NCBI GenBank assembly: GCA_963814375.1 | Contig: CAWFCQ010000003.1 | Coordinates: 103,393-167,392 of the forward strand | Direction: 5' to 3' | DNA: 64,000 nucleotides | Source of the DNA: an uncultured Chloroflexia bacterium | GTDB lineage: Bacteria; Chloroflexota; Limnocylindria; QHBO01 | Shown here: in pieces, positions 37,512 through 49,675 of the stretch | Position numbering within the stretch: the stretch's first letter is position 1 | How the letters are laid out: the number at the start of each line of letters is the position of its first letter | Program-made: the position numbers and the translations under genes | The notes under the pieces: model-generated | What the model saw: the letters and a program-made list of their open reading frames with translations, nothing else | The model's database searches: none | Told to the model about the DNA's origin: nothing

Positions 37512-38169
37512 CCAGCATGCCCCGGACCTTCGCGCGAAGCCGGTGGTGCCGGCCCGCTTCAAGCAGGCCGGTCGCGCGCTCCTGTCCCCGCTCGTGCGGC
37601 TGGCGATGGCGCTCCACCTGACACCCAACACGATCACCGTCATCGGCCTCGGCATCACGATCGTTGCGGCGCTGCTCATCGCGAACGACCTTCTGCTCAT
37701 CGGCGCGGCCGTGCTCGTCTTCGGGTCGATCCTCGACGCTGTTGACGGCGGGCTCGCTCGAGCCCAGGGCACCGGCACCGCCTTCGGCGGCTTCCTCGAC
37801 TCCACGCTCGACCGCACCGGCGAGGCGGTGGCCTACATCGGCATCGGCGTCTGGCTGCTGAGCAGCATGAGCGACCCGACCTGGCCGATGCTCGCCCTCA
37901 TGCTGGCATTGGCCGGATCCTTCCTCGTCAGCTACGCCCACGCCCGAGCGCAGGGCATCGGCCTGTCGGCCGACGTCGGCCTGGCGCCCCGCACCGAGCG
38001 GCTCATCCTCGTGATCGTGGGTGTGGCACTTGCAGGGTTCGGGTTCGAGGCCGGCCTCGTCGCCATCCTCGGCATCCTGGCGGTCCTGACCGCGATCACC
38101 GTCATCCAGCGCATCTGGCACGTCTGGCGCCTCACCGCGTCCGGCGCTCTCGACAGCAAGGAGAACTGA
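37501..38169 (+). CDS. pgsA: CDP-alcohol phosphatidyltransferase (phosphatidylinositol-phosphate synthase-like)
   Basis: CDP-OH_P_transf motif [30 protein letters not shown] and six TMS. It is immediately upstream of ino1 and acyltransferase/pimA genes, as in the mycobacterial pgsA1 locus. Confidence 0.8.
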   Translation: MSASQHAPDLRAKPVVPARFKQAGRALLSPLVRLAMALHLTPNTITVIGLGITIVAALLIANDLLLIGAAVLVFGSILDAVDGGLARAQGTGTAFGGFLDSTLDRTGEAVAYIGIGVWLLSSMSDPTWPMLALMLALAGSFLVSYAHARAQGIGLSADVGLAPRTERLILVIVGVALAGFGFEAGLVAILGILAVLTAITVIQRIWHVWRLTASGALDSKEN

Positions 38170-38173
38170 ACAC

Positions 38174-39397
<1,224 letters not shown>

Positions 39398-39429
39398 TCG
39401 CGCTCGCGCGCGTCCGTTACCTTCAACGG

Positions 39430-40410
39430 GTGAAACGCCCATCGGACGGTGAAACGGCAAGCGAGCGGAAGCGGGAGCTCGTCACCTACTGGCTGTACCG
39501 CGCCGGCGAGGCCGTCATCAACGCCGTCCCGCGCCGCCTCGCCATGCCCGCCGCGGCGGCCGTCGGCAACGTGGCCTACGACCTGGCCGGCTCCAAGCGC
39601 GACCTCATCCAGGCCAACCTCGCTAGGCCGATGGGCCTGGCGCCGGACGACGCTCGCGTTCGCCACGCCGCGCGGCGCGCCTTCCGCAACTACGCCAAGT
39701 ACCTCGTCGACATGATGCGGATCGCCGAGACGAGCGAGGCGCAGGCCGCGGCGATGGTCGAGATCGGCAACTTCGAGCTCCTGGCCGAGGCGCAGTCGGA
39801 GGGCAAGGGCGTGCTGCTGTGCACCGTCCACGTCGGCGGCATGGATCTCATCGGGCCTGCCGTGAAGCGGCTCGGCGAATCGCTGCACGTGGTCGCGGAC
39901 GACACCACCTACGGCCGCCTGTACGACCACCTGGCCGATGCTCGAGCGCGTCAGAACATCTTCCTGATCGGGTGGCGGAACCTGCGGGACCTCTTCCGCG
40001 CGCTGCGAGAGGGCCACAACCTCGTGCTCTTCTGCGACGGTGGATACCGGTCGGGTGACGTGCCGATCGAGCTGCACGGCGAGGCCACCACCTTTCCGAT
40101 CGGCCCTGCGACGCTCGCCGCCAAGACCGGCGCCCCGATGCTTCCTGTAGCGTGCCGCAGGCTGCCGGACGACCGCTTCGAGGTGCGTGGGCTGCCGCTC
40201 GTACATTGCGAGAGCACCGAGCCGGCCGAGATCCAGCGCGCCACCCAGGCGATTGCCGACGCGCTGGCCGGGGTGATCGCGGAGGACCCGGGCCAGTGGT
40301 ACCTCTTCCGCCCGGTGTGGCCCACCACCGATGCCGATCGCGCGCGGGCGCGAGCCGCGCTCGCCGCCGCCCGCAACGGCGAGGACTGGACCAAGATCCC
40401 GGCGGCCTGA
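39430..40410 (+). CDS. LpxL/HtrB-family lipid acyltransferase (PatA-like) 1
   Basis: Lip_A_acyltrans pattern (YWLYRAGEAVINAVPRRL ... NLARPMGL ... HVGGMDL ... FCDGGYRSGD). The GTG start is at 39430. Confidence 0.7.
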   Translation: MKRPSDGETASERKRELVTYWLYRAGEAVINAVPRRLAMPAAAAVGNVAYDLAGSKRDLIQANLARPMGLAPDDARVRHAARRAFRNYAKYLVDMMRIAETSEAQAAAMVEIGNFELLAEAQSEGKGVLLCTVHVGGMDLIGPAVKRLGESLHVVADDTTYGRLYDHLADARARQNIFLIGWRNLRDLFRALREGHNLVLFCDGGYRSGDVPIELHGEATTFPIGPATLAAKTGAPMLPVACRRLPDDRFEVRGLPLVHCESTEPAEIQRATQAIADALAGVIAEDPGQWYLFRPVWPTTDADRARARAALAAARNGEDWTKIPAA

Positions 40411-41285
40411 TGCTCGCCCGCATCGGTCTCGAGATCGCCGACCGCGTCGCGGCGGCGCTGCCGGCCCCGGTCGCGTACGGCCTGGCCGACCTGGCCGGCG
40501 ACGCATGGCACCGATTCGCGCCGGGGAGGCGCCGCCTCGTCGCCGCCAACCTCGCCCGCGTGTGCGAGGCCACCGGGCGGCCATCGCGGGGCCGCGCCTT
40601 CCGCGCCCTGGTGCGGTCGGCATTCCGCAACCACGCGCGCTACTACCTCGAGCTGCTGCGCGGCCCGCACTACCAGCCAGGGCAGATCGACGAGATCGTC
40701 GACGTTCCCGAGTGGGCGAAATTCGAGAGCGTCCTGCGGTCAGGTCCGACCGTCCTGATCAGCTCGCATCTCGGCAACTTCGAGCCGTTCGGTGCGTTCC
40801 TGGCGGCGCACGGCTTCGTCGCCCTCTCGCCGATTGAGGAGATCGAGCCACGCGCGCTGTACGAGTTCCTCGCCGCGCGGCGCGGCACGGGCCGCATCGA
40901 TCTCGTGCCGCTGCGCGATGCCCGGACGGCGATCGGCCGGCGGCTGCGCGGTGGCGGCCTGGTCGGGATCATCGGCGACCGGCTGGTCGCCGGCGGCGGG
41001 CAGACGGTGAGCTTCTTCGGCCATCCCGCCAGCGTTCCGACCGGTCCGGCGGCCCTGGCGCTCCAGCACGGAGCGTCGGTGATCGTGGGTCGCAGCCTGC
41101 GCGCCGGGCCGGACCGATACATCGTCGAGGGTGAGGTGCTCGAGATCCCGAGCTCCGGCGATCGGCGAGCCGATACGCTCGCGCTGACCGAGCGGATCGC
41201 GGCGCGCTTCGAACGCGATGTGGCGGCCGCACCTGAACAGTGGTGGGGCGCCTTCCAGGCGTACTGGCCGGACCTCGAGGCATGA
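40410..41285 (+). CDS. LpxL/HtrB-family lipid acyltransferase (PatA-like) 2
   Basis: Paralogue of the upstream gene (AYGLADLAGDAWHRF ... NLARVCEATG ... SSHLGNFE ... IGDRLVAGGG). The start overlaps the upstream stop. Confidence 0.7.
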   Translation: MLARIGLEIADRVAAALPAPVAYGLADLAGDAWHRFAPGRRRLVAANLARVCEATGRPSRGRAFRALVRSAFRNHARYYLELLRGPHYQPGQIDEIVDVPEWAKFESVLRSGPTVLISSHLGNFEPFGAFLAAHGFVALSPIEEIEPRALYEFLAARRGTGRIDLVPLRDARTAIGRRLRGGGLVGIIGDRLVAGGGQTVSFFGHPASVPTGPAALALQHGASVIVGRSLRAGPDRYIVEGEVLEIPSSGDRRADTLALTERIAARFERDVAAAPEQWWGAFQAYWPDLEA

Positions 41286-42025
41286 CCCGCAATGGCGGCA
41301 CCCTTGGCAAGGCTGACATGCATCTCCACACGCTCTACTCGGACGGGACGGCGTCGGTCCAGGCGCTTCTCGATCACGTCGAGCGCGCCACGGATCTCGA
41401 CCTCATCGCCGTCACCGATCACGAGCGGATCGACGGCGCGCTCCGGGCGCGGGAGATGCACGCTGCCGGCGACTATTCGTACCAGCTGGTGGTCGGCGAG
41501 GAGATCACCACCCGGCGCGGCCACGTACTCGCGCTCTTCCTCACCGAGCGCGTGCCGGCGCTGCGCCCGTTGCCCGAGACGCTCGAACGGATTCACGACC
41601 AGGGAGCGATCGCCATCGCGGCTCACCCGCTTGCGCCGCTCACGCCGTCGCTCGGGAGTGGCTCGTTGCGCTGGTCTCACGGCGCCACCGATCCCCGGCA
41701 TCACCTCGACGCGATCGAGCTCATGAATCCGTCCACCGCCGGACGAGCGCGCCGATCGGCGCGCGAGGCGCTCCATGCCGAGCTGGCCGGCCCGGCGGCG
41801 GTCGGCAACTCCGACGCCCACGTGCTCGAGGGCGTCGGCTCCGCCTGGACATGGTTCCCCGGCTCGAGCGCCGGCGACTACCGCGCCGCCATCGCGGCGG
41901 CCACCACCCGCCCCGACGGCGCCTACTGGAGCCACCTCCACAACGTCGACGTCTACCGCCGTCAGCTGAGAGCCAAGGTCAGGCACCTGCGCCATACTCT
42001 GCGGCCAACGGGAGAGTGGCGGTGA
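41282..42025 (+). CDS. PHP-family (polymerase/histidinol-phosphatase) metal-dependent phosphoesterase
   Basis: PHP motif ADMHLHTLYSDG followed by His/Asp-containing blocks (VTDHERIDG, AAHPLAP, NSDAHV). It is ATGA-coupled to both neighbours. Confidence 0.7.
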   Translation: MTRNGGTLGKADMHLHTLYSDGTASVQALLDHVERATDLDLIAVTDHERIDGALRAREMHAAGDYSYQLVVGEEITTRRGHVLALFLTERVPALRPLPETLERIHDQGAIAIAAHPLAPLTPSLGSGSLRWSHGATDPRHHLDAIELMNPSTAGRARRSAREALHAELAGPAAVGNSDAHVLEGVGSAWTWFPGSSAGDYRAAIAAATTRPDGAYWSHLHNVDVYRRQLRAKVRHLRHTLRPTGEWR

Positions 42026-43206
42026 CAACCGGAGAGTCGGCGGTGGTGGACGTGTCAGTCCCTCCAACGCCTGCCAGGCCGCCCCTACGGATCGGGATCG
42101 TGAGCCCGTACGGCTACCCCCATCCGGGCGGGGTCAACGAGCACGTTCGCTTCACCTACGAGGCGATGAGCCGGTTGGGCCACGACGTCTGGATCATCAC
42201 CAGCAAGTACGGCCGTGAGCGCGAGAGCGAGGGCCACATCATCCGCCTCGGCACCGGCTGGGCGGCGCCGGCCAACGGCAGCGTCGGCCGCGTCACACTG
42301 GGGCTACGCTTCAAGCACCAGGCACGCGAGATCCTCGAAGCGCAGCGCTTCGACATCCTCCACTTCCACGAGCCGCTTGTGCCCTTCCTGTCCCCCACCA
42401 TGCTCGACGCCAGCGATACCGTGAATATCGGCACCTTCCACGCCTTCGGCGGCTTCAGCCCCAGCTACTGGATCGGCAGCCGATTCGCACGCCACCTGGC
42501 CGACAAGCTGGACGGCCGGATCGCCGTCTCGGGGGCGGCGCGCCACTTCATCAGCCGATACTTCCCCGGCGACTATCAGATCATCCCGAACGGCGTCGAG
42601 ATCGACCGATTCACTGAGGCCGAGCCGTATGAGGAGCTGCGGGACGGCACCCTGAACATCCTCTTCGTCGGCCGGTTCGAGGAGCGCAAGGGCCTGATTC
42701 ACCTGCTCAAGGCCTACCACCGCCTCCGCAAGCGCAAGGTCGACGCGCGGCTGCTCGTCATCGGCTCCGGACCGAAGCTGCGCGAGTACCGCCGCTTCAT
42801 CGGCCTGCGCGGCATTCGCGACGTCGAGTTCCTCGGACGCGTCAGCGACGAGGAGAAGGTCCGCTATTTCGCCTCGGCCGACATCTACTGCGCGCCAAAC
42901 ACCGGCCAGGAGTCGTTCGGGATCGTGCTGCTCGAGGCGATGGCCGCCGGCGTGCCGATCGTCGCTTCGGACATCCACGGCTTCAAGCGCGTCGTCGAGC
43001 GCAACGTGCAGGGCATCCTCTTCGAGCCCCGCAACCATCGCGCGCTGGCCGCGGCGCTCTACAAGCTGGCGCGCGATCCCGATCTGCGCCACGAGATGGG
43101 CGAAGCGGGCCGCCAGCGCGCCCCCGAGTTCAGCTGGGACCGGGTCACCGAGCAGATCGTCGATTACTACTACGAGGTCCGCGAACGGGTCAGCGCGGCG
43201 TCCTGA
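42016..43206 (+). CDS. pimA: GT4 glycosyltransferase, PimA-like (phosphatidylinositol alpha-mannosyltransferase)
   Basis: The N-terminus LRIGIVSPYGYPHPGGVNEHV is typical of PimA/GT4. The C-terminal EX7E region reads FGIVLLEAMAAGVPIVASD. The GTG start overlaps the PHP gene stop. Confidence 0.75.
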   Translation: MAVTTGESAVVDVSVPPTPARPPLRIGIVSPYGYPHPGGVNEHVRFTYEAMSRLGHDVWIITSKYGRERESEGHIIRLGTGWAAPANGSVGRVTLGLRFKHQAREILEAQRFDILHFHEPLVPFLSPTMLDASDTVNIGTFHAFGGFSPSYWIGSRFARHLADKLDGRIAVSGAARHFISRYFPGDYQIIPNGVEIDRFTEAEPYEELRDGTLNILFVGRFEERKGLIHLLKAYHRLRKRKVDARLLVIGSGPKLREYRRFIGLRGIRDVEFLGRVSDEEKVRYFASADIYCAPNTGQESFGIVLLEAMAAGVPIVASDIHGFKRVVERNVQGILFEPRNHRALAAALYKLARDPDLRHEMGEAGRQRAPEFSWDRVTEQIVDYYYEVRERVSAAS

Positions 43207-43237
43207 TCGGACGGTGGAACGCCGTCGGCGCGACCGG

Positions 43238-46200
43238 CTAGCCGGATGCTCCGGCTGTCTGAACGAGGTGCGACTCTGCCTCTTCGACCCTCGAATGAAA
43301 TCCGAAGGACGCAAACAGATCCCGCGCCTCGGTCAGCACGGCCCGTGCCTCCGGCTCGCCCAGGTCCACGAGGCACCGTCCAAGGCCGAGGAGGCTGTAG
43401 GCAAGCTCCCGAACGTAGCCGAGGGCCCTCATTCGCTCCGACGCGTCCACATACATGGGCAGCGCCGCCCGACTTCCGTCAGTGATCTCCGTGACGGCCG
43501 CGCGCGCTGAGGTGGCCGCGGCCACGTGCATGTCATACGTAGGTGTGATGCCGTCGATCAGCCGCGCCGCGAGCTCCACGTCGTCCAGCGCAAGGGCCGT
43601 CCGCACCGCAATTGGAAGCGCAAGGCAGTAGAAGAGGCTCTGGCGCGCGAACGGCACGTCGGAGACGGCATTGAGCGTGCGCCTGGCCCGCTCAGGGTCC
43701 CCTGATCGGAGCCATACGAGCGCCAGCCGGCCTTGCAGGATCTCGAGGTCGAGCGATTCGACCTCGTCGATGTGAGAGGCGGCCGTCGTTGCGCGTTCCA
43801 CCGCCTCGCCGAGCTCGCCGCGCTCCGCGAGGAAATGGCCGATGCACGTCGACGCGTCAACAAGGTCGAACATGTCTCCGAGCTGCAGGGAAGCGTCGGC
43901 GTGCTCGCGCCAGATGCTGATCCCTTCGTCGAGGCGACCTCGGTCGACGAGGATCTCGGCCGAGTTGCTGCGAATCAGCTCGGCAAGGGCGCTCATGTTG
44001 CGTTTGCGCGCGAAGGCGATCCCGTCGTCTAGGGCATCCAACGTCAACGCGGGCCCGTAAATGACCCACCGCAGAAGGGCGAGGTTATTCATCATGTTGG
44101 CGGCCAGGCGCCCAGCGCCACCCGCGATGAGCGCATCGACAGCTCGATCTGCCTCATCGATCCCATCTCTCTCCCCGCTCTCGGCCCGAGCCAGACCTCG
44201 GTAGCCATGGGCCTTGAGAGGCGGATCCAGGCCGGCCGCATCGGCCAGGGCAATCGCCTGGTCGGCGGTCTCGATCGCGGTCTGCTGCGATCCAGTGAGC
44301 CACTGGCATCGCGAGAGCTCACTCAGGGCCTGCACCCGGAGCCGGGGGTCATGACCCTCGGCGAGCAGCGCCACGGCCTCCGCGGCCAGATCGAGCGGGC
44401 TACCACCACCAATGCTGCGGGACACCTCGGTCTCCAGGATGAGAGCCTCGGCGAGCAGGTCGTAGCGCCCGGCTGCGCGGAGCGCCGCCTTGGCCGCCCC
44501 CAGCGCATCCGCGGCCTCGCGCAGCCGCATCTCCTGAAACGCAGCCTCGGCCCAGCGGATGAGGAGCTCCGGCCGATCCCAGTGTCCCTCCGGCGTCAGC
44601 TCCAGCGCACGCGTGAGGCGGGCCTCGGCCTGCGAAGCGTCGAGGCCCATGGCTCGTTCGCCGGCCATGCGCAGGTAGCGCCGCGACGCGTCAGTGAGGC
44701 GCTCGGTCGCCGATGCGTCACCCGCTCCCCGCGCGAGCTCGAGCGCGGCAAGCGCGTGATGCGCGAGAAGCTCGGCCATGTCCTCCACCCGCCCGGCCGC
44801 TCGTGCCTCGATCCAACCTGCCGCCGCCTCGTGCCGCCGCGCGCGCTCGGCTCGCGGGATCTGCTGGTACGCCACGTCACGGACAAGCCCGTGCCAGAAG
44901 GCATACTCGGCCTCCCCTTCCATCGTGCTGAGCCGTGACGGGCGAACGAGCTCCTTCCGCGAGAGCTCGTGCAGATCCTGCTGCACGTCCGCCGAAGGGC
45001 GACCGGCCATCTCCGCGAGGGCTCCCGCCCAGAAGACCTTGCCGATGACCGCAGCGTCCTGGAGCAAGCTCTTGCGGACGGGTGGCAGGGTGTCGAGCCG
45101 GGCGGCGATAAGCGCCTGCACATTGTCGGGAAACTCCCATCCGACGCCGATCCGGCTGTCGGCGATGAGTCGGACAAACTCCTCAGCGTACAGGGGGTTC
45201 CCGCCTGCCCGATCGACGATCGTCTGGCGCACGTCATCAGCACTGGACGATCGCTCCAGCAGCGCGATCACGAGCTCGTTGGTCTCGCCCGTCGTCAGTG
45301 GCGCCAGATTGATGGTGTGGGCGTTTCGGATTCCGCTGGTCCAGTCGGGGTTCGCCTCGAACAGCTCCGGTCGCGTGGTGCAGACGACGAGCAGTGGGAC
45401 GCCCTCAGCCCACTCGGCGAGGTGCGCGATGAACTCGAGAAGGGCGCTATCCGCCCAGTGCAGATCCTCGAAGACGAGCACTGCCGGCGCATCGGACGCC
45501 ATGGACTCGAGGAAGGTCTGCCACGCGCTGAAGCTCTCTTCGCGAGTGGTCGCCACGCCAGAGTCGATGCCTAGCAGCGGAAGGAGCCTGGCGCGGAGGA
45601 ACGCGCGCTGCTCGACCTCGGGGAGAGATGCCTCGAGCTTTTCGGCCGCGACATCGGGGGAATCGGTCTCGAAGATGCCCGCCTGCGCCTTGACGATCTC
45701 GCCGAGCGCCCAGAACGTGATGCCGTCGCCGTATGGCAGGCAACGGCCCTGGCGCCAAGTGATGAGATCGGGCAACTCGTCAATATGGGCGAACAGCTCG
45801 GCGCACAGCCGGCTCTTGCCCGCGCCGGGCTCGCCCACCAGGGTCACGAGCTGTGTCCGCGAGTCGCGCGCGCATCGGTCGAAGAGGCTGGTGAGCATCG
45901 CCCGTTCGGCCACACGACCGACGAACGGCGAGTCGTGGGTGCGGATGAGGTCGGTGCCGAAACGAGCCCGTGCCTCGACCGCACGGAACAACTCGACCGG
46001 CTCGGCCTTGCCCTTGAGCTCGACCGGTGGAAGCGGCTCATACACGAAGACTCGCTCCGTCTGGCGCTGCGTCTCCTCCGAGACGGCGACGCCGTCGATC
46101 GGCGCGGCTCCCTGGATCCGGGATGCGGTATTGACCACGTCGCCGGCGACGAACCCCTCGCCGAGGTCGGGCCGCGCTCCGAGGGTGACGAGGGCCTCGC

Positions 46201-46621
46201 CCGTGTTGATGCCGACTCGGACTCGGAACCCGAGGGTGGCATCGGCCGCGTTCAGCTCCGCCAGGCTCTCGATGATCCGCAGGCCAGACCGCACCGCGCG
46301 CTCCGCATCATCCTCGTGGGTGACCGGTGCGCCAAAGACGGCCATGACCGCGTCGCCGATGAATTTCTCGACGGTGCCGCCGAAGTGCTCGATGTCGGCC
46401 CGCAGCCGCTCGTGGTAGGGCCGGATGCGCGCCCGCACGTCCTCCGGATCAGCGCCCTCGGACGCGGCGGTGAATCCGACGAGATCGCAGAATAGGACGG
46501 AGACGACCTTGCGCTCCTCGTGCGCGGGCGTCGCGGCCTGAGGAGCGAGAGGCGCGCCGCACCGTCCACAGAAGGTGAAGCCGTCCGGGTTCTCCCCGGC
46601 GCAGCTCGGGCACTGCACCAC
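43238..46621 (-). CDS. multidomain regulator: Zn-ribbon + class III adenylate cyclase + AAA ATPase + TPR repeats (STAND-like)
   Basis: 1127 aa. The N-terminus CPSCAGENPDGFTFCGRCG is followed by a cyclase domain (VLFCDLVGFT ... FIGDAVMAVFGAP ... RVGINTGE), a P-loop (LVGEPGAGKSRL) and a long helical TPR-like C-terminus. Confidence 0.8.
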   Translation of the reverse strand: MVQCPSCAGENPDGFTFCGRCGAPLAPQAATPAHEERKVVSVLFCDLVGFTAASEGADPEDVRARIRPYHERLRADIEHFGGTVEKFIGDAVMAVFGAPVTHEDDAERAVRSGLRIIESLAELNAADATLGFRVRVGINTGEALVTLGARPDLGEGFVAGDVVNTASRIQGAAPIDGVAVSEETQRQTERVFVYEPLPPVELKGKAEPVELFRAVEARARFGTDLIRTHDSPFVGRVAERAMLTSLFDRCARDSRTQLVTLVGEPGAGKSRLCAELFAHIDELPDLITWRQGRCLPYGDGITFWALGEIVKAQAGIFETDSPDVAAEKLEASLPEVEQRAFLRARLLPLLGIDSGVATTREESFSAWQTFLESMASDAPAVLVFEDLHWADSALLEFIAHLAEWAEGVPLLVVCTTRPELFEANPDWTSGIRNAHTINLAPLTTGETNELVIALLERSSSADDVRQTIVDRAGGNPLYAEEFVRLIADSRIGVGWEFPDNVQALIAARLDTLPPVRKSLLQDAAVIGKVFWAGALAEMAGRPSADVQQDLHELSRKELVRPSRLSTMEGEAEYAFWHGLVRDVAYQQIPRAERARRHEAAAGWIEARAAGRVEDMAELLAHHALAALELARGAGDASATERLTDASRRYLRMAGERAMGLDASQAEARLTRALELTPEGHWDRPELLIRWAEAAFQEMRLREAADALGAAKAALRAAGRYDLLAEALILETEVSRSIGGGSPLDLAAEAVALLAEGHDPRLRVQALSELSRCQWLTGSQQTAIETADQAIALADAAGLDPPLKAHGYRGLARAESGERDGIDEADRAVDALIAGGAGRLAANMMNNLALLRWVIYGPALTLDALDDGIAFARKRNMSALAELIRSNSAEILVDRGRLDEGISIWREHADASLQLGDMFDLVDASTCIGHFLAERGELGEAVERATTAASHIDEVESLDLEILQGRLALVWLRSGDPERARRTLNAVSDVPFARQSLFYCLALPIAVRTALALDDVELAARLIDGITPTYDMHVAAATSARAAVTEITDGSRAALPMYVDASERMRALGYVRELAYSLLGLGRCLVDLGEPEARAVLTEARDLFASFGFHSRVEEAESHLVQTAGASG

Positions 46622-46653
46622 GGGCGGAGTCTACGGTGGCCCGGGTGGCGTGC

Positions 46654-47657
46654 CTACCCCTCGAGCGGCTTGCGCCAGGTGCCGAACGTCTTCTCGGGCA
46701 CGAACCCGAGGGACCGATACAGATCGGTCGCGCCGGTCAGGCTGGTGGCGTCGACGCCGAGGCCGGCCGAGGTGTAGCCGTCCTCGCGTGCGGCAACGAG
46801 GGAGGCCGACAGCAGCGCGCGGGCGAGACCCCGACGGCGCCAGGCCCGGCGCACCGAGACCCCGGCTACATAGACGCGCGAGCGGCCGTACAGCGTGTTC
46901 TCCTCGGTCGGGACGGTCGTCATGATCACGCCGGCGATCTGGTCGCCGTCCCAGCCGATGCGCCAGTAGCGCGGATCGACGTTCTGCGGATCGGCCTGGA
47001 AGCGCTTCCAGTCCTCGTCGGTCGGCGGGCTGTGGCCCCACTCGTCGCGGAACGCCTCGTTCGCGGCGTCCCACAGCGCGCGGTACTGATCGCGCGTCGT
47101 CGGTCGAACCTCGAGACCATCCGGCATGCGGAGCCGCCTCGAGCCCTTCGAGCGTCGGGGCAACCATGTCGAACCAGTAGCGCACCGGCTCGTAGCCGTT
47201 GGCACGCAGGAGGGCGACGTTGCCGGCATCGGTCTCGACGCCCTCGGAGCCGAACCACTTCGGCGCGACGCCGTCGTGCTCGGCGGCGATCTCGCGCAGC
47301 CGTGCCTCGTTGTGGCGGAGCAGTGCCGAGGCGATGCCCCGACGCCGCCAGTCGGGATGCACGAAGCCGAACAGCTCGTACGAGCGCCCGCCCTCCAACA
47401 GCTCCTGCCAGAAGACGCGAGCGTAGGCAACGAGCGTGCCGTCCACCTCCGCCAGGATGATGTCGCGCTCCGGGTCGCAGTTCACCAACGTGGCGTAGCT
47501 GCGCCGCATGTCGTCGAGCGTCTGGACCTCCTCGAGGCCGTCCGCCTGCGTGGACCGCCATCCAGACCGCGAGCATGCCGGCGAGGTCCTCGTCGCCACG
47601 GAAGCGGCGGAACCGCAGGCCCGGAATGGCCGGCGCGGCTGCCAGTGCGACGGTCAT
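46654..47657 (-). pseudogene. two-domain GNAT acetyltransferase (MshD-like), unit C, with apparent frameshifts
   Basis: The start MTVALAAAPAIPGLRFRRF (ORF 46926..47657) shifts to the ORF 46631..47599 frame (N-GNAT, HPDWRRRGIASALL). The C-GNAT (VSVRRAWRRRGLARALL ... TFGTWRKPLEG) is in ORF 46654..47430. Confidence 0.55.
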
Positions 47658-48646
47658 GAGGACGCTTCCTCCATCGGCTTGCGCCAGGCGTTGAACCGAT
47701 CGGCGACGGCGAAGCCCGCCGCCTCGTACAGGCCGAAGGCGCCCTGGTTGTTGTCGCCGTCGACGCCCAGCGCGGCGCTCGTCATGCCGCGCTCGCGCAG
47801 CAGGAGCAGGGATCGGGCGATCAGGGCGCGAGCCAGCCCACGCCGCCGCCAGGCGCGTCGCGTGAAGACCGAGTCGAGCCAGCCGCGCTGGATGCCGAGC
47901 GCCTCGTTCTCGGCGGGGTAGATGGCGTTGACCACGCCGCCGGCAATCTCGTCACCGTCGAAGGCGATCAGCCACAGCGACGGATCCGCCTCGGGCGCCT
48001 CCAGGAATCGGCGCATGGCGGCCTCCGACTCGTCGGACCCGCCCCAGTGATCGCGGAAGGACTCGCGGTTCGCACGCCACAGCTGCTGGTGGAGATCGGG
48101 CGTGATCGGCCGCAGCTCGAGGCCGTCGGGCAGCGGCAGCTCCTCGATGGCGTCGAGATCGGGCCGGACCATGTCGAAGAACCAGCGCACCACCTCGTAG
48201 CCGCTTCGCTCCAGCAGGAAGGCGCCCGATCGCTCCTCGCCGGCGAACGAGCTGAACGCTCGCTGGCGGTCGGTCTCGTGGGTGGCGGCCAGCTCTCGCG
48301 CGCGGCGCTCGTTGTCAGCCAGCAGCGCCGAACCGATGCCCCGACGTCGATGGGCGGGATCGACGGCGCCCCACAGGCGGTGCTCGCGTCGCTGCCCGTC
48401 GCGCGTGTCGATCCAGTCCTGGCCTGCGAACCCCACCGGCTCCCCGTCGAGCTCGGCGATGACGAAGTCGCGCGCCGCGTCGAACTGCTCGGATGGATGC
48501 TCGAGGTGGGCGCGCTCGCCCTCCTCGGTGGTGCGCTCGTCGATGTCGTCGGCGGCGTTCTCCGCGTTCACGATGCGGGCGATCGCCTCGACGTCTGTGG
48601 CGATGTCGAATGGCCGGATCCGGAGCCCGGCGGGTGCGGAGATCAC
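47654..48646 (-). CDS. two-domain GNAT acetyltransferase (MshD-like), unit B, intact
   Basis: About 330 aa from a GTG (VISAPAGLRIRPF). N-GNAT motif AHRRRGIGSALL, linker VRWFFDMVRPDLD, C-GNAT motif FTRRAWRRRGLARALI, ending RFNAWRKPMEEASS. GTGA/ATGA overlaps with both neighbours. Confidence 0.7.
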   Translation of the reverse strand: MISAPAGLRIRPFDIATDVEAIARIVNAENAADDIDERTTEEGERAHLEHPSEQFDAARDFVIAELDGEPVGFAGQDWIDTRDGQRREHRLWGAVDPAHRRRGIGSALLADNERRARELAATHETDRQRAFSSFAGEERSGAFLLERSGYEVVRWFFDMVRPDLDAIEELPLPDGLELRPITPDLHQQLWRANRESFRDHWGGSDESEAAMRRFLEAPEADPSLWLIAFDGDEIAGGVVNAIYPAENEALGIQRGWLDSVFTRRAWRRRGLARALIARSLLLLRERGMTSAALGVDGDNNQGAFGLYEAAGFAVADRFNAWRKPMEEASS

Positions 48647-49675
48647 GAGCGCTCCTCCATCGGCTTGCGCCAGGCGGTCGCGCGCTCGGTCACGGCGAAC
48701 CCGAACTTCTCGTACAGCTGCAGCGCACCGCTGGGATTGTCGGCGTCGACCCCGAGCGCCGCCGCACTCCATCCCGCGCTCTGCCAGCACGTGCAGGCTG
48801 CGCGCGATGAGGGCCGAGGCGAGCCCGCGCTTGCGCCACGCCCGGCGGGTGAAGACGCTGTCCAGCCAGCCGCGCTTGCGACCGATCGCCGCGTTCTCGT
48901 GCGGGTAGATGGTGTTGACGACGGCCGCGGCGACCTCGTCGCCCTCCCAGGCGACGACCCACATCGACGGGTCGAACTCGGGCGAGTCCCGGTAGCGCGC
49001 GAACGCGTCCTCGGACTCGTCGCCGCCACCCCAGTGGTCGCGGAAGGCCTCGACGTCCGCGCGCCAGATGGTCAGCAGCTCGGACTCCGCGACCGGGCGC
49101 ACCTCGATCCCGTCCGGCAACGCCGTGATCTCCGGCAGGTCCCGATCGAGCCCGGGACGCTCCATGTCGAAGAACCAGCGCACCTGCGCATACCCGGAGC
49201 GCTGCGCCAGTGCGTTGGCACCGACGTTGCGCTCGTCGCACCACAGGCCGTGGACGAGCGGTCGGTCGGTCGTCCTGCGACGCCGCCAGCTCGCGCTGGA
49301 TGCACGTGGTTGGCGCGCAGCAGAGTCGTCCCGATCCCACGTCGTCGGTAGGCGGGATCGACCGCGCAGCCGCTGCGGTACTCACGCAGCCCGTCGTTGG
49401 TGTCGACCCAGTCGCGGTTCGCGTGCGCCACGACGCGGCCGTCGAGCTCGGCGATGGTCACGTCACGCTCGGGGCGGAAGCTCGTCGGATGGATGCGCGT
49501 AGTGAGCCACCCGCTCTTCCACCGTCTCGCGGTAGGTCTGGCCATCGGCCTCCCACTGCGCGTTCTGGATACGCACCATCTCGGGGATGTCGGCCTCGCC
49601 CGCGTACGGACGCAGGACGAGGCCCGGGATGTCGGCCGCCGCAGCGGCCGCATCGGTCTGCATGTCTGCCTTCAT
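48643..49675 (-). pseudogene. two-domain GNAT acetyltransferase (MshD-like), unit A, with apparent frameshifts
   Basis: The start MKADMQTDAAAAAADIPGLVLRPY (tail of ORF 49463..50383) is followed by the N-GNAT in ORF 49072..49653 (AYRRRGIGTTLL). The C-GNAT is in ORF 47654..49183 (first 140 aa) and its end is in ORF 48643..49029 (AALGVDADNPSGALQLYEKFGF ... WRKPMEERS). Confidence 0.5.
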